From a bacterium (lineage in GTDB: Bacteria; Joyebacterota; Joyebacteria; Joyebacterales; Joyebacteraceae), in NCBI GenBank assembly GCA_029990205.1, contig JAPEKQ010000002.1, positions 32,845 to 96,844 of the forward strand: 64,000 nucleotides of DNA. Reading direction: 5' to 3'. A program made the translations under genes and the position numbers. The notes under the pieces were generated by a model. That model worked only from the letters and a program-made list of their open reading frames with translations. It ran no database searches and had not been told where the DNA came from. How positions within the stretch are numbered: the stretch's first letter is position 1; each line of letters opens with the position of its first letter. Shown piece after piece: positions 45,081 to 54,582 of this stretch.

Positions 45081-45884
45081 CTACGGCAGCAGTCCGCCCA
45101 GTTCGTAACTGATCATCGCGGCGATGGCCGCTGCGGCCCAGTCGGCCTTGAGGACGCGGCGGCCGACGGAGACACTCACGGCGCCCGCCTCCCGGAGGAG
45201 CGCGACCTCCGACTCGGAGAACCCGCCCTCGGGGCCGATGACGAGCAGGATGCTCCTCGTCGGGCCCGACGCGCGTCCGGCATCCGGCGCCGCAGCCTCG
45301 GAGAGCACATCGGCGAGCGTCGCTCCCCCCTCGTCCTCCCACGCCACGAGCGCGAGATCGAACTCGCCCCCGAGCGCCGCAAGCCCGGCCACATCGACCG
45401 GCTCCGCGATCTCCGGGAGGAAGACACCGCGTGACTGCTTCACGGCGGCCGCTGCGATACTCCCCCAGCGCTCGAGTCGTGATTCGAGAGCGTCGGGCGG
45501 TATGCGCCCGATGGTCCGCTCGGTCACGAGCGGTCGGATCCCCGCGGTCCCGAGTTCCGCCAGTCTTCTGACGACATCGTCGAACGACCGTCCCTTGAGA
45601 AGCGCCTGCGCGACGGTGAGAGCGACAGCGCCCTCACGGTCGTGCGCTCGCGACTCCGTGACGGAGCACTCGAGCGTCGCGCTACCCACCGTATCGACGC
45701 GGGCGAGAGCCTCCTCCCCTGCGCCATCGATGAGTCGCACGGTGTCACCCTCGCGTACGCGCATGACGTCGGCACCGTGATGTCCCTCACGGCCGCTGAC
45801 AACACACGTCCCGCCAGCGATACTCCCCGGCGGGACGATGAAGGTGTTCAGACGCCAGGTCTCGGCGTCATGGAGTTCGGCCAT
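45081..45884 (-). CDS. rsmE: 16S rRNA (uracil1498-N3)-methyltransferase
   Basis: 267 aa, RsmE/YggJ-like (...ILLVIGPEGGFSESEVALLREAGAVSVSVGRRVLKADWAAAAIAAM). Confidence 0.88.
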   Translation of the reverse strand: MAELHDAETWRLNTFIVPPGSIAGGTCVVSGREGHHGADVMRVREGDTVRLIDGAGEEALARVDTVGSATLECSVTESRAHDREGAVALTVAQALLKGRSFDDVVRRLAELGTAGIRPLVTERTIGRIPPDALESRLERWGSIAAAAVKQSRGVFLPEIAEPVDVAGLAALGGEFDLALVAWEDEGGATLADVLSEAAAPDAGRASGPTRSILLVIGPEGGFSESEVALLREAGAVSVSVGRRVLKADWAAAAIAAMISYELGGLLP

Positions 45885-45899
45885 GATCGACTCCTGCGG

Positions 45900-46274
45900 C
45901 TAGCAGCCGCAGCCCTGTCCGTGGTGCCCGCACGACGTCTGCGGTGTGAGTTCGACGAGAGAGCCGTCCTTCGCCGCCGCGGCGTTGTCCGCAACGGTAC
46001 CCTCGAGCGCGCGGTACACGCGGATGCCCGCACCGTTGAGTCCCATCAGCGCCCGTGCCCCGATCCCGCCGACGACGATCGCGTCGACCGTCTCGCCCGA
46101 GAGCGATGCGAGCGGGTTGCAGGCCCCGTGCTCGTGGTCCTTGCCTGAGTTGTCGAGGGACCTCGTCTCGCCAGTCTCCGTGTCGTGCACGACGAAGCAC
46201 GGCGCCGAGCCGAAGTGTCCGAACACCTTCGCGTCCAGCCCGGTCCCGCCATCTGTCGGAATGCAGAGCCGCAT
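45900..46274 (-). CDS. NifX/NifB-like dinitrogenase FeMo-cofactor-biosynthesis-domain protein (PF02579 family)
   Basis: MRLCIPTDGGTGLDAKVFGHFGSAPCFVVHDTETGETRSLDNSG...VDAIVVGGIGARALMGLNGAGIRVY... Cys/His-rich C-terminus ...SCGHHGQGCGC. Confidence 0.75.
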   Translation of the reverse strand: MRLCIPTDGGTGLDAKVFGHFGSAPCFVVHDTETGETRSLDNSGKDHEHGACNPLASLSGETVDAIVVGGIGARALMGLNGAGIRVYRALEGTVADNAAAAKDGSLVELTPQTSCGHHGQGCGC

Positions 46275-46345
46275 GATCGTCCTTCTCTCGCTGTGGTCGC
46301 GCCCGCGCAGTCCGTCTGCGCCCCGCGGGCTCGACCGACGTGGTC

Positions 46346-47506
46346 CTACCTGACATGACCGGGGCGTCCCGGTCCCGGGATCTTCTTGTCCGTCAGCTCA
46401 CCGACCTTCTTGAGGAGCTTCTTCTCCTCCGACGACGGGCGCTTCGGCACCCACACCTTGATGAGCACGAGCTGGTCGCCGCTCCCGCGGCCGCGCACGT
46501 GAGGCACGCCCTTGCCGCGCATCTTGAGCACCTGCCCCGACTGCGTCCCCGAATGGATCTTGAGGCGAGCCTTGCCCTCGAGCGTCGGCACCTCGACCTG
46601 CCCGCCCAGGGCCGCCAGGCCGATGGAGACCGGCAGTTCGATGAGCACGTCGTCGCCGTGGCGTTCGAAGAGCTTGTGCGGGATCTCCTCCATCATGACG
46701 ATGAGGTCGCCGGCGGGACCGCCGCGCGGTCCGGCGTTGCCGGCGCCCTGGATCGGAAGGTAGTTGCCGGTCGAGACCCCGGCCGGCACATCGATCTCGA
46801 TCGTCTCCTTCTTCCGCATCACACCCTTGCCCACGCACTTCGCGCAGGGCTCGTCGATGACCTCACCGGTCCCGCCACACGCGGAGCACGGCGAGACGTT
46901 CATGAAGGTCCCGAAGAGCCCCATCGACTGCTGCGAACGGACCTGGCCTGCTCCGCCGCAGGCCGTACAGGTCTTCGGACTGGTCCCGGGCTTCGCGCCC
47001 GAGCCGCCGCACTCGTCACAGCTGACGAGCTTCGCGACCTTGATCTTCTTCTTCACACCCGTGGCGATCTCCTCGAGCGTCAGCTTGAGACGGACACGGA
47101 TGTTCGAACCGCGCCGCGCGCCGCCGCGACGCCCGGCGCCACGCCCGCCGCCGAACCCGAAGAGGTCCTCCATGCCGCTGTCGCCGCCGAAGGCGCGCAT
47201 GAACGCGCCGAGAGCGTCGTTGAGGTCCATCCCCTGGAACCCGGCGCCGCCGAATCCCTGCGGACCCGCTCCGCCCTGGGCGAACGCGGCCGACCCGAAC
47301 TGGTCGTACTGCGCGCGCTTCTCCTCGTCGGAGAGGATCTCGTGCGCCTCGGTGGCCTCCTTGAACTTCTCCTCGGCCTCCGAGTCGCCCGGGTTCTTAT
47401 CCGGATGGTACTTGAACGCGAGTTCCCGGTACGCCTTCTTGATGTCGTCCGGGCTCGCATCACGGCTCACGCCAAGTATGTCGTAGTAGTCCTTCGCTGA
47501 CGGCAT
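46346..47506 (-). CDS. dnaJ: Molecular chaperone DnaJ
   Basis: J domain [40 protein letters not shown]-rich region. Four CxxCxG zinc-finger repeats. Confidence 0.95.
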   Translation of the reverse strand: MPSAKDYYDILGVSRDASPDDIKKAYRELAFKYHPDKNPGDSEAEEKFKEATEAHEILSDEEKRAQYDQFGSAAFAQGGAGPQGFGGAGFQGMDLNDALGAFMRAFGGDSGMEDLFGFGGGRGAGRRGGARRGSNIRVRLKLTLEEIATGVKKKIKVAKLVSCDECGGSGAKPGTSPKTCTACGGAGQVRSQQSMGLFGTFMNVSPCSACGGTGEVIDEPCAKCVGKGVMRKKETIEIDVPAGVSTGNYLPIQGAGNAGPRGGPAGDLIVMMEEIPHKLFERHGDDVLIELPVSIGLAALGGQVEVPTLEGKARLKIHSGTQSGQVLKMRGKGVPHVRGRGSGDQLVLIKVWVPKRPSSEEKKLLKKVGELTDKKIPGPGRPGHVR

Positions 47507-47629
47507 GTGCCTCTCCGGCTGTCGCCTGATTCGTCACCTGAGATCGTCGTCCGACGCCGCTGTCTTCGTCCGGCGCTACTTCGTCCGACGCTGCTACCAT
47601 GATACCCGCAACGCCCTCACGGGCGCGAC

Positions 47630-48070
47630 CTAGCTCCGCTGCCTCCATCCGCCAACCGCGAACCAGCGCACGGCGTGGTAGGCCGGGACTCGCCGCCAGG
47701 CCGCGACACCCTCCTCCTTCATGACCTCGCGGAAGAGGAGGTCCGCTTCCTTGCGAGTGTACTCCCTCGGCGGCGTGATGACACCCTTCGGTGGCTTCCC
47801 GCCATACCGATAGAGGTAATCGTGAAGAAGGGGGGCCGCGATCGACAGCTCGAACGGCGCGGCGAGCCACCAGATCGCGCGCGGGATCGACGCCAGATCG
47901 AACTCGAACCCCGCCGGGATGCTGATCAGATTCTCCCCGTGCTGGTAGCTGTACGGCTCCTCGAGTCTCCAGGTCTGCCTGTCGACGATGTACGTCACGA
48001 CCGGGCTCTTGAGATGAGACGCCGCAATCTTGATCAGTTCGTTGATGAGCTGTCGGGTGAAGGCCTTCAT
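47630..48070 (-). CDS. DUF1353-like domain protein (hypothetical) inserted between dnaK and dnaJ
   Basis: MKAFTRQLINELIKIAASHLKSPVVTYIVDRQTWRLEEPYSYQHGENLISIPAGFEFDLASIPR... The ATG at 48070 overlaps the stop of the upstream small ORF (ATGA). Confidence 0.65.
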   Translation of the reverse strand: MKAFTRQLINELIKIAASHLKSPVVTYIVDRQTWRLEEPYSYQHGENLISIPAGFEFDLASIPRAIWWLAAPFELSIAAPLLHDYLYRYGGKPPKGVITPPREYTRKEADLLFREVMKEEGVAAWRRVPAYHAVRWFAVGGWRQRS

Positions 48071-48234
48071 CGGACGGACCTCGTCTGCCTCCGCAGGCCG
48101 ACACCGCCGATGACGATGAACAGTCCTCCCGCGCCAATGAGCGGGATCATCTCGCGCGCGATGCCGACCGCGACGAGCGCCAACCCGATGACCACGAGAC
48201 CGCCGGGACGTGCCGCTCGCTTCGCTCTGGTCAT
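48067..48234 (-). CDS. Small hydrophobic membrane peptide (55 aa), hypothetical. Not in the ORF track
   Basis: Manual translation MTRAKRAARPGGLVVIGLALVAVGIAREMIPLIGAGGLFIVIGGVGLRRQTRSVR. GGAGG RBS 5 nt upstream. Stop overlaps the downstream ATG. Confidence 0.4.
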   Translation of the reverse strand: MTRAKRAARPGGLVVIGLALVAVGIAREMIPLIGAGGLFIVIGGVGLRRQTRSVR

Positions 48235-48325
48235 GGTGCCTCCTCAGCGCACCCGAGGGCACGGCGCGCCTGTCTCAGCGTGCCGTGCCCATCGTGCGCA
48301 TGCCAGCAATCGCGTGTCCGTCTAT

Positions 48326-50287
48326 CTACTCGTCGTCCACGACCTCGTAATCGGCGTCGACAACGTTGTCGTCATCCGCGCCACCGTCGCCGCCCGGGGC
48401 CGCGCCCGCGGCGCCCATGCCCGGGCCGCCGGCCGCACCGGGACCCGCTCCCGGACCACCCGCCTGCGGACCGCCCTGCGCGTTCGTGGCGCTGGCGTAC
48501 ATCTTCTCGGCGATCTTGTGCGACGCGGTCGTGAGCGCTTCCATGTCGCGCTCGATGGCCGCGGCGTCGCCTTCCTTAAGCGTCTCCTTGAGCTTGGCGG
48601 CGGCATCCTCGATCGCCTGCTTCTCGCTGGCGTCGAGCGCGTCCCCGTGCTCCTTGAGAGACTTCTCGGTCGAGAAGACCAGCGCGTCGGCCTGGTTGCG
48701 AAGCTCGACCTCCTTGCGCTTCGCCTCGTCCTCGCCCGCGTGCGCCTCGGCGTCCTTGACCATCTTGTCGATCTCGGAGTCGTCCAGACCGCTCGAGACC
48801 TCGATGCGGATCTTCTGCTCCTTGCCGGTCCCGAGATCCTTCGCGGAGACGTGAACGATGCCGTTCGCGTCGATGTCGAAGGTCACCTCGATCTGCGGCA
48901 TGCCCCTCGGCGCCGGCGGAATCTCGGTCAGGTCGAACTTCCCGAGCGTCCGGTTCTGCGCCGCCATCGCGCGCTCACCCTGGAGCACGTGAATGGAGAC
49001 CGCGGGCTGGTTGTTCTCGGCCGTCGAGAAGATCTGGCTCTTCTTCGTCGGGATGGTCGTGTTCCGCGTGATCAGCGGAGTCATCACGCCGCCCAGCGTC
49101 TCGATACCGAGCGAGAGCGGGGTGACGTCGAGCAGCAGGACGTCCTTGACGTCCGACTCGCCCGCGAGGATGGCGCCCTGGATGGCCGCGCCGACCGCGA
49201 CGACTTCATCCGGGTTGACGCCCTTGTGAGGCTCCTTGCCGAAGAGATCCTTCACGATCTCGTTGACCTTCGGGATCCGCGTCGAGCCACCGACCAGCAC
49301 GATCTCGTCGATGTCAGACGGCGAGAGCTTCGCGTCCGCCAGAGCCTTCTTGCACGGCTCGACCGTCCGCTGAAGCAGATCGTCCACGAGCGACTCGAAC
49401 TTCGCGCGCGTAAGACTCAGGGTCAGGTGCTTCGGACCCGTCGCATCGGCCGTGATGAACGGCAGGTTGATGTCGGTCTGCAGCGTCGTCGAGAGCTCGC
49501 TCTTGGCCTTCTCGGCGGCCTCCTTCAGACGCTGGAGCGCCATCGAATCCTGCGTGAGATCGATGCCGTGCTCCTTCTTGAACTCCTCCGCGATCCAGTC
49601 GATGACGCGGTGGTCGAGGTTGTCGCCACCAAGGTGGGTATCACCGTTGGTGGAGAGCACCTTGACGAGGCCCTCGTCGATCTCGAGGATCGAGATGTCG
49701 AACGTGCCGCCGCCGAAGTCGTAGACGGCGATCTTCTCCTGCCCCTTCTTGTCGATACCGTAGGCCAGCGACGCGGCCGTCGGCTCATTGATGATACGGA
49801 GCACTTCGAGCCCGGCGATCCTGCCGGCGTCCTTCGTGGCCTGCCGCTGCGCGTCGTTGAAGTAGGCCGGAACGGTGATGACGGCCTTCTCGACCTTCTC
49901 GCCGAGATGCTGCTCGGCCGTGTTCTTCATGGCCTGGAGGATCATCGCCGAGATCTCGGGCGGTGCATACTGTTTGCCCTGCGCCTCGACCTTCACCGCA
50001 CCGCCATCATCGATGACCTTGTACGGGACCAGCCCCATTTCCTCGGAGACCTCTCCGTACCGCCGCCCGACGAACCGCTTGATCGAGAAGATCGTGTTCT
50101 CGGGGTTGGTGATGGCCTGCCGCTTCGCGACCTGGCCGACGAGCCGCTCGCCCGTCTTGGTGAACGCCACGACGGACGGCGTCGTGCGACCGCCCTCGGG
50201 GTTGGCAATGACGGTAGGCTCTCCGCCTTCCATGACGGCGACGACCGAGTTGGTCGTGCCGAGATCGATTCCGATGACCTTACTCAT
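48326..50287 (-). CDS. dnaK: Molecular chaperone DnaK (Hsp70)
   Basis: [42 protein letters not shown]... C-terminal [14 protein letters not shown] tail. Confidence 0.97.
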   Translation of the reverse strand: MSKVIGIDLGTTNSVVAVMEGGEPTVIANPEGGRTTPSVVAFTKTGERLVGQVAKRQAITNPENTIFSIKRFVGRRYGEVSEEMGLVPYKVIDDGGAVKVEAQGKQYAPPEISAMILQAMKNTAEQHLGEKVEKAVITVPAYFNDAQRQATKDAGRIAGLEVLRIINEPTAASLAYGIDKKGQEKIAVYDFGGGTFDISILEIDEGLVKVLSTNGDTHLGGDNLDHRVIDWIAEEFKKEHGIDLTQDSMALQRLKEAAEKAKSELSTTLQTDINLPFITADATGPKHLTLSLTRAKFESLVDDLLQRTVEPCKKALADAKLSPSDIDEIVLVGGSTRIPKVNEIVKDLFGKEPHKGVNPDEVVAVGAAIQGAILAGESDVKDVLLLDVTPLSLGIETLGGVMTPLITRNTTIPTKKSQIFSTAENNQPAVSIHVLQGERAMAAQNRTLGKFDLTEIPPAPRGMPQIEVTFDIDANGIVHVSAKDLGTGKEQKIRIEVSSGLDDSEIDKMVKDAEAHAGEDEAKRKEVELRNQADALVFSTEKSLKEHGDALDASEKQAIEDAAAKLKETLKEGDAAAIERDMEALTTASHKIAEKMYASATNAQGGPQAGGPGAGPGAAGGPGMGAAGAAPGGDGGADDDNVVDADYEVVDDE

Positions 50288-50366
50288 ACTCCCACTTCCT
50301 TTCCTCCCCCATCTCTCGCGGCGCATCGCCGCGTCCGGGGGTCCGTTCTGGCGGCAAGTCGGCTCA

Positions 50367-50948
50367 CTAGCTCGCGACGATGACGCGAGATGGTCTCAGG
50401 AGCCGCTCACCCAGTGTGTATCCCTTCTGCATGACCTGAACGATCTCGTCCGGCTCGTGCTCGTCCGACGGCACCCTGCCGACGGCCTCATGGACGTTGG
50501 GGTCGAACCCCATGCCGTCCGTCTCGACCGGACGGACGCCCGCCTTCTCCAGCACATCCAACAGGTGCTTGAAGATCAGCTCGACGCCCTCTCGGAACGG
50601 AACGGCCGCGCCGGACTCATCCTGAGCCCCCTCCGCGAGCGCCCGCTCGAAATTGTCAACGACCTCGAGCAGCGGCAGGAGAATCCCCTCCCGCGCCTCG
50701 ACGTCCCATCGTGCCTTCTCGCGCTCGACCCGCTTCCGGTAGTTGTCCAGGTCGGCCAGCGCGCGCAGCCACTTCCTGTTGGCCTCGCTGAGCTCGTTCT
50801 CGAGCGCCTCGAGGTCCGACACTGCTTCGCCCTCGGATTCGCCGACCTCAGCTCCCGTGGTCGCCGGGTTCTCGAAGGGCGCGTTGGCTCCGGAGGCGTC
50901 GGCGCCCTCCGGATGCTTCTCGTTGTCGTGTCTCTTCCTTGCAGTCAT
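50367..50948 (-). CDS. grpE: Nucleotide exchange factor GrpE
   Basis: ...[18 protein letters not shown]...[15 protein letters not shown]... Start is ambiguous: ATG 50948 or TTG 50990. Confidence 0.85.
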   Translation of the reverse strand: MTARKRHDNEKHPEGADASGANAPFENPATTGAEVGESEGEAVSDLEALENELSEANRKWLRALADLDNYRKRVEREKARWDVEAREGILLPLLEVVDNFERALAEGAQDESGAAVPFREGVELIFKHLLDVLEKAGVRPVETDGMGFDPNVHEAVGRVPSDEHEPDEIVQVMQKGYTLGERLLRPSRVIVAS

Positions 50949-51013
50949 GTCTGACCGAAGACTCCTGTTCGGTGTGTCAGTCGATGTCAACGTGCCGGTC
51001 GAAACCGATAGCG

Positions 51014-52063
51014 CTAGCGCCGCTCCTCGGTCCCGTCCGACGAGAAGAAATCGTCGAGAAGCCCCGAGAGATGACCGACGAGTCCCACGAGCCGGCGGTA
51101 GCGCATCCGGGTCGGACCGATGACGCCGATGCGTCCCACGGTCGCGCCGACCCGATAGCTTCCGACGATGAGCGATACACCGCGCATCTTCTTCCGTCTG
51201 TTCTCGCCACCGATGGTGACCGCCACGTCCTGCGGGTCGGCCGGACCACGGACGAGATCGGCAAGAGCCTCTTCGCTGTCGAGGATCTCACCGAGGATCG
51301 ATGCGTCATCCGAGAACTCCGGATGCCGCAGCATGTACCGCGCGCCCTCGTAGTGCACGCGCTCTGAGTCGTGGAAATGGAACAGAGCAGGCCACTGCTC
51401 GACGAGCGGGCAGAGCAGACTCGCGAACGGGCAGTCCTTCTCCCCAACCTTCGTCGCCAGGATCTTCTCGGCGTCGCCGACGGCCAGTCCGGCGACCCAA
51501 TCGTTGAGCAGCGCGGTCGCGGCCTGAGCGGTCTGTCGGTCGGCCGGTGACGCGCACTCGAAGACGGCGCTCCGTGTCTGGCCGGACCGCATGCTGACGG
51601 CCGCCAGACATCTGGTCGCATCGAGCGGGACGACCTCCATCCGCTCGATGACGCTGCTCTCCACGGCGGGCTCGAGCCCGACGGCGAGCTGGTGCGCAAC
51701 GTCGCTGACCATGCGGGAGACTTCGGTGAGGACGGTCGCGAGGTCGTGCCCCCGCAACACCGTCAGCTCGGCGGTGAGTCTCGTGCGGTCTCTCTCCGGA
51801 AGAAGGACGGGGCCCATGAGCCGGTCGACGTAGTACCGGTACCCCTCGTCGGCCGGTATGCGTCCCGCGGAGGTGTGCGGCTGCCTGATGAGACCTCGCT
51901 CCTCGAGCGCGCGCATGACGTTGCGCACGGTCGCGGACGACACGTCGAGTCCCGAACGCTTCACAACAGCGCTCGAACTCACAGGTCTCGCCGTCTCGAC
52001 GTAGTCCCGGATGACGGCTGTGAGGATCTTCTCCTCACGCTCTGTCAGGTCTGCCCGCGTCAC
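51014..52063 (-). CDS. hrcA: Heat-inducible transcription repressor HrcA
   Basis: (GTG) MTRADLTEREEKILTAVIRDYVETARPVSSSAVVKRSGLDVSSATVRNVMRALEERGLI... GGGAGGGG RBS. Confidence 0.9.
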   Translation of the reverse strand: MTRADLTEREEKILTAVIRDYVETARPVSSSAVVKRSGLDVSSATVRNVMRALEERGLIRQPHTSAGRIPADEGYRYYVDRLMGPVLLPERDRTRLTAELTVLRGHDLATVLTEVSRMVSDVAHQLAVGLEPAVESSVIERMEVVPLDATRCLAAVSMRSGQTRSAVFECASPADRQTAQAATALLNDWVAGLAVGDAEKILATKVGEKDCPFASLLCPLVEQWPALFHFHDSERVHYEGARYMLRHPEFSDDASILGEILDSEEALADLVRGPADPQDVAVTIGGENRRKKMRGVSLIVGSYRVGATVGRIGVIGPTRMRYRRLVGLVGHLSGLLDDFFSSDGTEERR

Positions 52064-52081
52064 GATCCCCTCCCGAGGATG

Positions 52082-52120
52082 TTAGCACTCGTATAACGAG
52101 AGTGCTAATCTACGAGTCAA
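52082..52120 (-). promoter_or_regulatory. CIRCE operator (TTAGCACTC-N9-GAGTGCTAA) overlapping a sigma70-like promoter (-35 TTGACT, -10 TTATAC) of the hrcA-grpE-dnaK operon
   Basis: Exact consensus inverted repeat at 52082-52090 and 52100-52108. On the minus strand TTGACT (52115-52120) is 18 nt from TTATAC (52091-52096). Confidence 0.9.
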
Positions 52121-52177
52121 CATAGACCCGCACGGAGGGGGTGTCAAGCGGAAAGGGGTGCGGAAAACGGCCCTGTA

Positions 52178-52804
52178 TCAGCGAATCAGGCTGAACAGCC
52201 GGTCGAATCGAGGCCGGCTGAGCGTGGAATCCCAGGACCAGTAGATGACGATCGCCTTGCCCTGCATCAGGCTCTTGTCGAGGAACCCCCACTCCCTGCT
52301 GTCGGCGCTCCAGTTGCGGTTGTCGCCGAGCATCAGGAGCTGACCCTCGGGAACCTTGACCGGACCGAAGCTCGACCAGCGCGGGGTCGGCGGCTTGAGC
52401 TTGATGTACTCCTCGACGACGCGCTCGCCGTTGACATAGAGCGCGTTGTTCTTGAGTTCGACGATGTCGCCCGGCGTGCCGATGCAGCGCTTCACGTAGT
52501 TCTCCTTCGGCGCGCGCGGGTCGGGGTTGGGATACTCGAAGACGATGATGTCACCGCGCTTCGGCTCGCGGATGCCGCGGAGCCTTGTCTCGGTGAACGG
52601 CACCTTGATGCCGTAGATGAACTTGTTGACGACGAGGAAGTCCCCGATCAGCAGAGAGTCCTCCATCGAACCGGAAGGGATGCGGAAGGTCTGGACGACG
52701 AACGCGCGCAGAATGAGTGCGAGCAGGACGGCCGTGACGACCGTCTCCACGAAATCCCTGTAGTAGCCCTTGCGGGACGCCGGCTTCCTGCCGCTTGTCG
52801 CCAT
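52178..52804 (-). CDS. lepB: Signal peptidase I
   Basis: ...FRIPSGSMEDSLLIGDFLVVNKF... (catalytic Ser box), ...VKRCIGTPGDIV... and ...GDNRNWSADSREWGF... GGAAGG RBS. ATG at 52804. Confidence 0.9.
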   Translation of the reverse strand: MATSGRKPASRKGYYRDFVETVVTAVLLALILRAFVVQTFRIPSGSMEDSLLIGDFLVVNKFIYGIKVPFTETRLRGIREPKRGDIIVFEYPNPDPRAPKENYVKRCIGTPGDIVELKNNALYVNGERVVEEYIKLKPPTPRWSSFGPVKVPEGQLLMLGDNRNWSADSREWGFLDKSLMQGKAIVIYWSWDSTLSRPRFDRLFSLIR

Positions 52805-52819
52805 CACGTGTTCCTTCCT

Positions 52820-53347
52820 TTAGAACCTGACCTCGAATCCGACGCGGAAGCCGTCTCCGCGCGCGGCGGGAGATGCGGCGACCGCCGCGTCCAGCCCGCC
52901 CGGGGTGTTGTCATCGAAGCCCGAGAGATGTGCGTCGACGTACGCATCCGTGATGCTGTAGAGCGCGAGGATGGCCGTCCACCAGATCAGTGTCTGTCTT
53001 CTGTCGAAGTGCTCCGAGTATTCCTCGAAATAGTCGTTGTCGCCCGTCTCGTAGTAGTTCCTGAGCGCGTAGCGGGTCCAGCGATCCTCCAGAACGAGCT
53101 GAGCGATCAGCAGGGCCTCCACGCCGCCGATGATGGCGGCCTTGCGCTCGGTCCCGTTGAGAAACTGACCGAGCCCCGGGTAGGCTGCCGACGCGATGAG
53201 AACCCTCGCGCCGCCCGGCCTTGTGGACGCCGCCTCCTGCCCCGTCACCGCCCCTTGCCGCGTGACCGACCCCTGCCCCATCGCGACCGCCGGAACCAGT
53301 ATCGCGACTGCGAGCACGAGCACGAGTGCGGCGGGACCGGTTCTCAT
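52820..53347 (-). CDS. Hypothetical secreted/membrane protein, DUF5683-like (YPGLGQ motif)
   Basis: Signal peptide MRTGPAALVLVLAVAILVPAVAMG, then ...AAYPGLGQFLNG... Stop/start overlaps the upstream gene by 1 nt. Confidence 0.5.
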   Translation of the reverse strand: MRTGPAALVLVLAVAILVPAVAMGQGSVTRQGAVTGQEAASTRPGGARVLIASAAYPGLGQFLNGTERKAAIIGGVEALLIAQLVLEDRWTRYALRNYYETGDNDYFEEYSEHFDRRQTLIWWTAILALYSITDAYVDAHLSGFDDNTPGGLDAAVAASPAARGDGFRVGFEVRF

Positions 53348-54318
53348 CAGATCGCGAGCTCCTTGACGCGCCGGGAGGTGAACGGCTCAACCACGAACTC
53401 CGCGGGCTCGGCGTCACCACCCCAGCAGCGGACGCGGATGCTCTCGCCCTCCTCGGTGTCCGCGTAGCGCGCGACCAGTCGCGAGGACATCTCAAGGTTC
53501 TCCGGGGTCGGTTCGCCCCGGAAGACGCCGACCGGCCCCTTGTGCTCCACGGCCTTGATGAACATCACACCTTCGGACTCGAGTTCAAAGAGCCGCTCGT
53601 TCTCCGCGTGGTTGCGCCCGACGATGAGCTTCGCGGTATCCGTGAGCCGGAACTGCCGCCCCATCGAGATCAGCCGGACATCGACCGATGAGAGCGCCCC
53701 GTGCTTCCTGACATCCTTCAGAGCTCTCGCGAAGTTCTCGTCGGTCAGAAGGCAACCGCCGGCCGGCGAGGCGTACCGTTCGATGCCGAACTGCTCGGCC
53801 AGCTCGATCTGCGGCTTCCGGGTCCGCCCGTGGAGACCGAGGAGCTTCTCCCGGTCGACCCATCCCTCGAGCTCCGGCACCGTCGGCGCCAGGAGCTTCG
53901 CGGACAGCGGCCTGAGCAGGCGCCCCCCGATCCCGGACTCGCGCTCGACGGCGCCGAGTCCGAACCGCATCTGCGACTTCGGGCGCTGACCGACGACCTC
54001 GCCGGTGACGATGAAGGAGGCCCCGAGCTCCTCGAGCTTGCCGGCGGCCGTCTTGACCATCATCGCGTGGCAGTCGATGCACGGGTTCATGTGCTTGCCG
54101 TACCCGTGCTTCGGCGCCTCGATCGTTCGGAAGATCTCCTCGGTGATATCGATGACGACGAGCTCGATACCGAGCTCCTCCGCACCGATCTTCGCTCCTC
54201 CCGCACCGAAGAACGGCGAGACGAAGCTCACGCCTATCACCTCGATGCCCTGTTCCATGATCAGACGGGCAGCGAGCAGGCTGTCGAGCCCACCAGAGAG
54301 AAGCGCCAGGGCCTTCAC
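53347..54318 (-). CDS. PP-loop ATP-pyrophosphatase, MnmA/ThiI-like tRNA thiouridylase paralogue
   Basis: (GTG) VKALALLSGGLDSLLAARL... (SGGxDS PP-loop). ...HMNPCIDCHAMMVKTA... aligns with the MnmA NPDILCNKE catalytic-Cys region. ...RLLRPLSAKLL... is ThiI-like. ...SPAGGCLLTDENF... aligns with the MnmA second catalytic Cys. GGAGG RBS 9 nt upstream of the GTG at 54318. The longer track ORF would run through the tRNA-Sec gene. Confidence 0.75.
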   Translation of the reverse strand: MKALALLSGGLDSLLAARLIMEQGIEVIGVSFVSPFFGAGGAKIGAEELGIELVVIDITEEIFRTIEAPKHGYGKHMNPCIDCHAMMVKTAAGKLEELGASFIVTGEVVGQRPKSQMRFGLGAVERESGIGGRLLRPLSAKLLAPTVPELEGWVDREKLLGLHGRTRKPQIELAEQFGIERYASPAGGCLLTDENFARALKDVRKHGALSSVDVRLISMGRQFRLTDTAKLIVGRNHAENERLFELESEGVMFIKAVEHKGPVGVFRGEPTPENLEMSSRLVARYADTEEGESIRVRCWGGDAEPAEFVVEPFTSRRVKELAI

Positions 54319-54349
54319 TAGTTGGAGCCTCCGAAACGTGAAATGGTTG

Positions 54350-54448
54350 TGGCGGGAATGTGTGGGAATCGAACCCACCCCGGACGGGATTAACCGCCCA
54401 GCATAAGGGTTTGAAGCCCTCGGGGCCCACCAGGACCCATCCATCCCC
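54350..54448 (-). tRNA. selC: tRNA-Sec (selenocysteine tRNA, anticodon UCA), 99 nt with CCA encoded
   Basis: Minus strand GGGGATGG-AT-GGGTCC-TGGT-GGGCCC-C-GAGGG-CTTCAAA-CCCTT-(long variable arm ATGCTGGGCGGTTAATCCCGTCCGG)-GGTGGG-TTCGATT-CCCAC-ACATTCCC-G-CCA. 8-bp acceptor stem with one terminal mismatch, 6-bp D-stem with 4-nt loop, UCA anticodon. Located 135 nt downstream of the Sec-containing selD. Confidence 0.75.
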
Positions 54449-54582
54449 GCATATCGGTGCGTCCGGCGGATGGCCGGACGTGTCCGTCTGCGACCGGGCA
54501 TGTCCGGTCCCGGACCGGACTCTACGAAGCAGTATAACCGACAAGTGCCGCGCGAGCTAGCGCGGGGCGCACGCCCTGCGGG

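Noticed and set aside
47675-50383. 902-aa plus-strand ORF
   Set aside because: Antisense to dnaK and the DUF1353 gene. GC-skew artefact.
54449-54501. N-terminal 61 codons of the track ORF 53347..54501 (MPGRRRTRPAI...)
   Set aside because: This extension runs straight through the tRNA-Sec gene. The PP-loop domain begins at the GTG at 54318, which has its own RBS.
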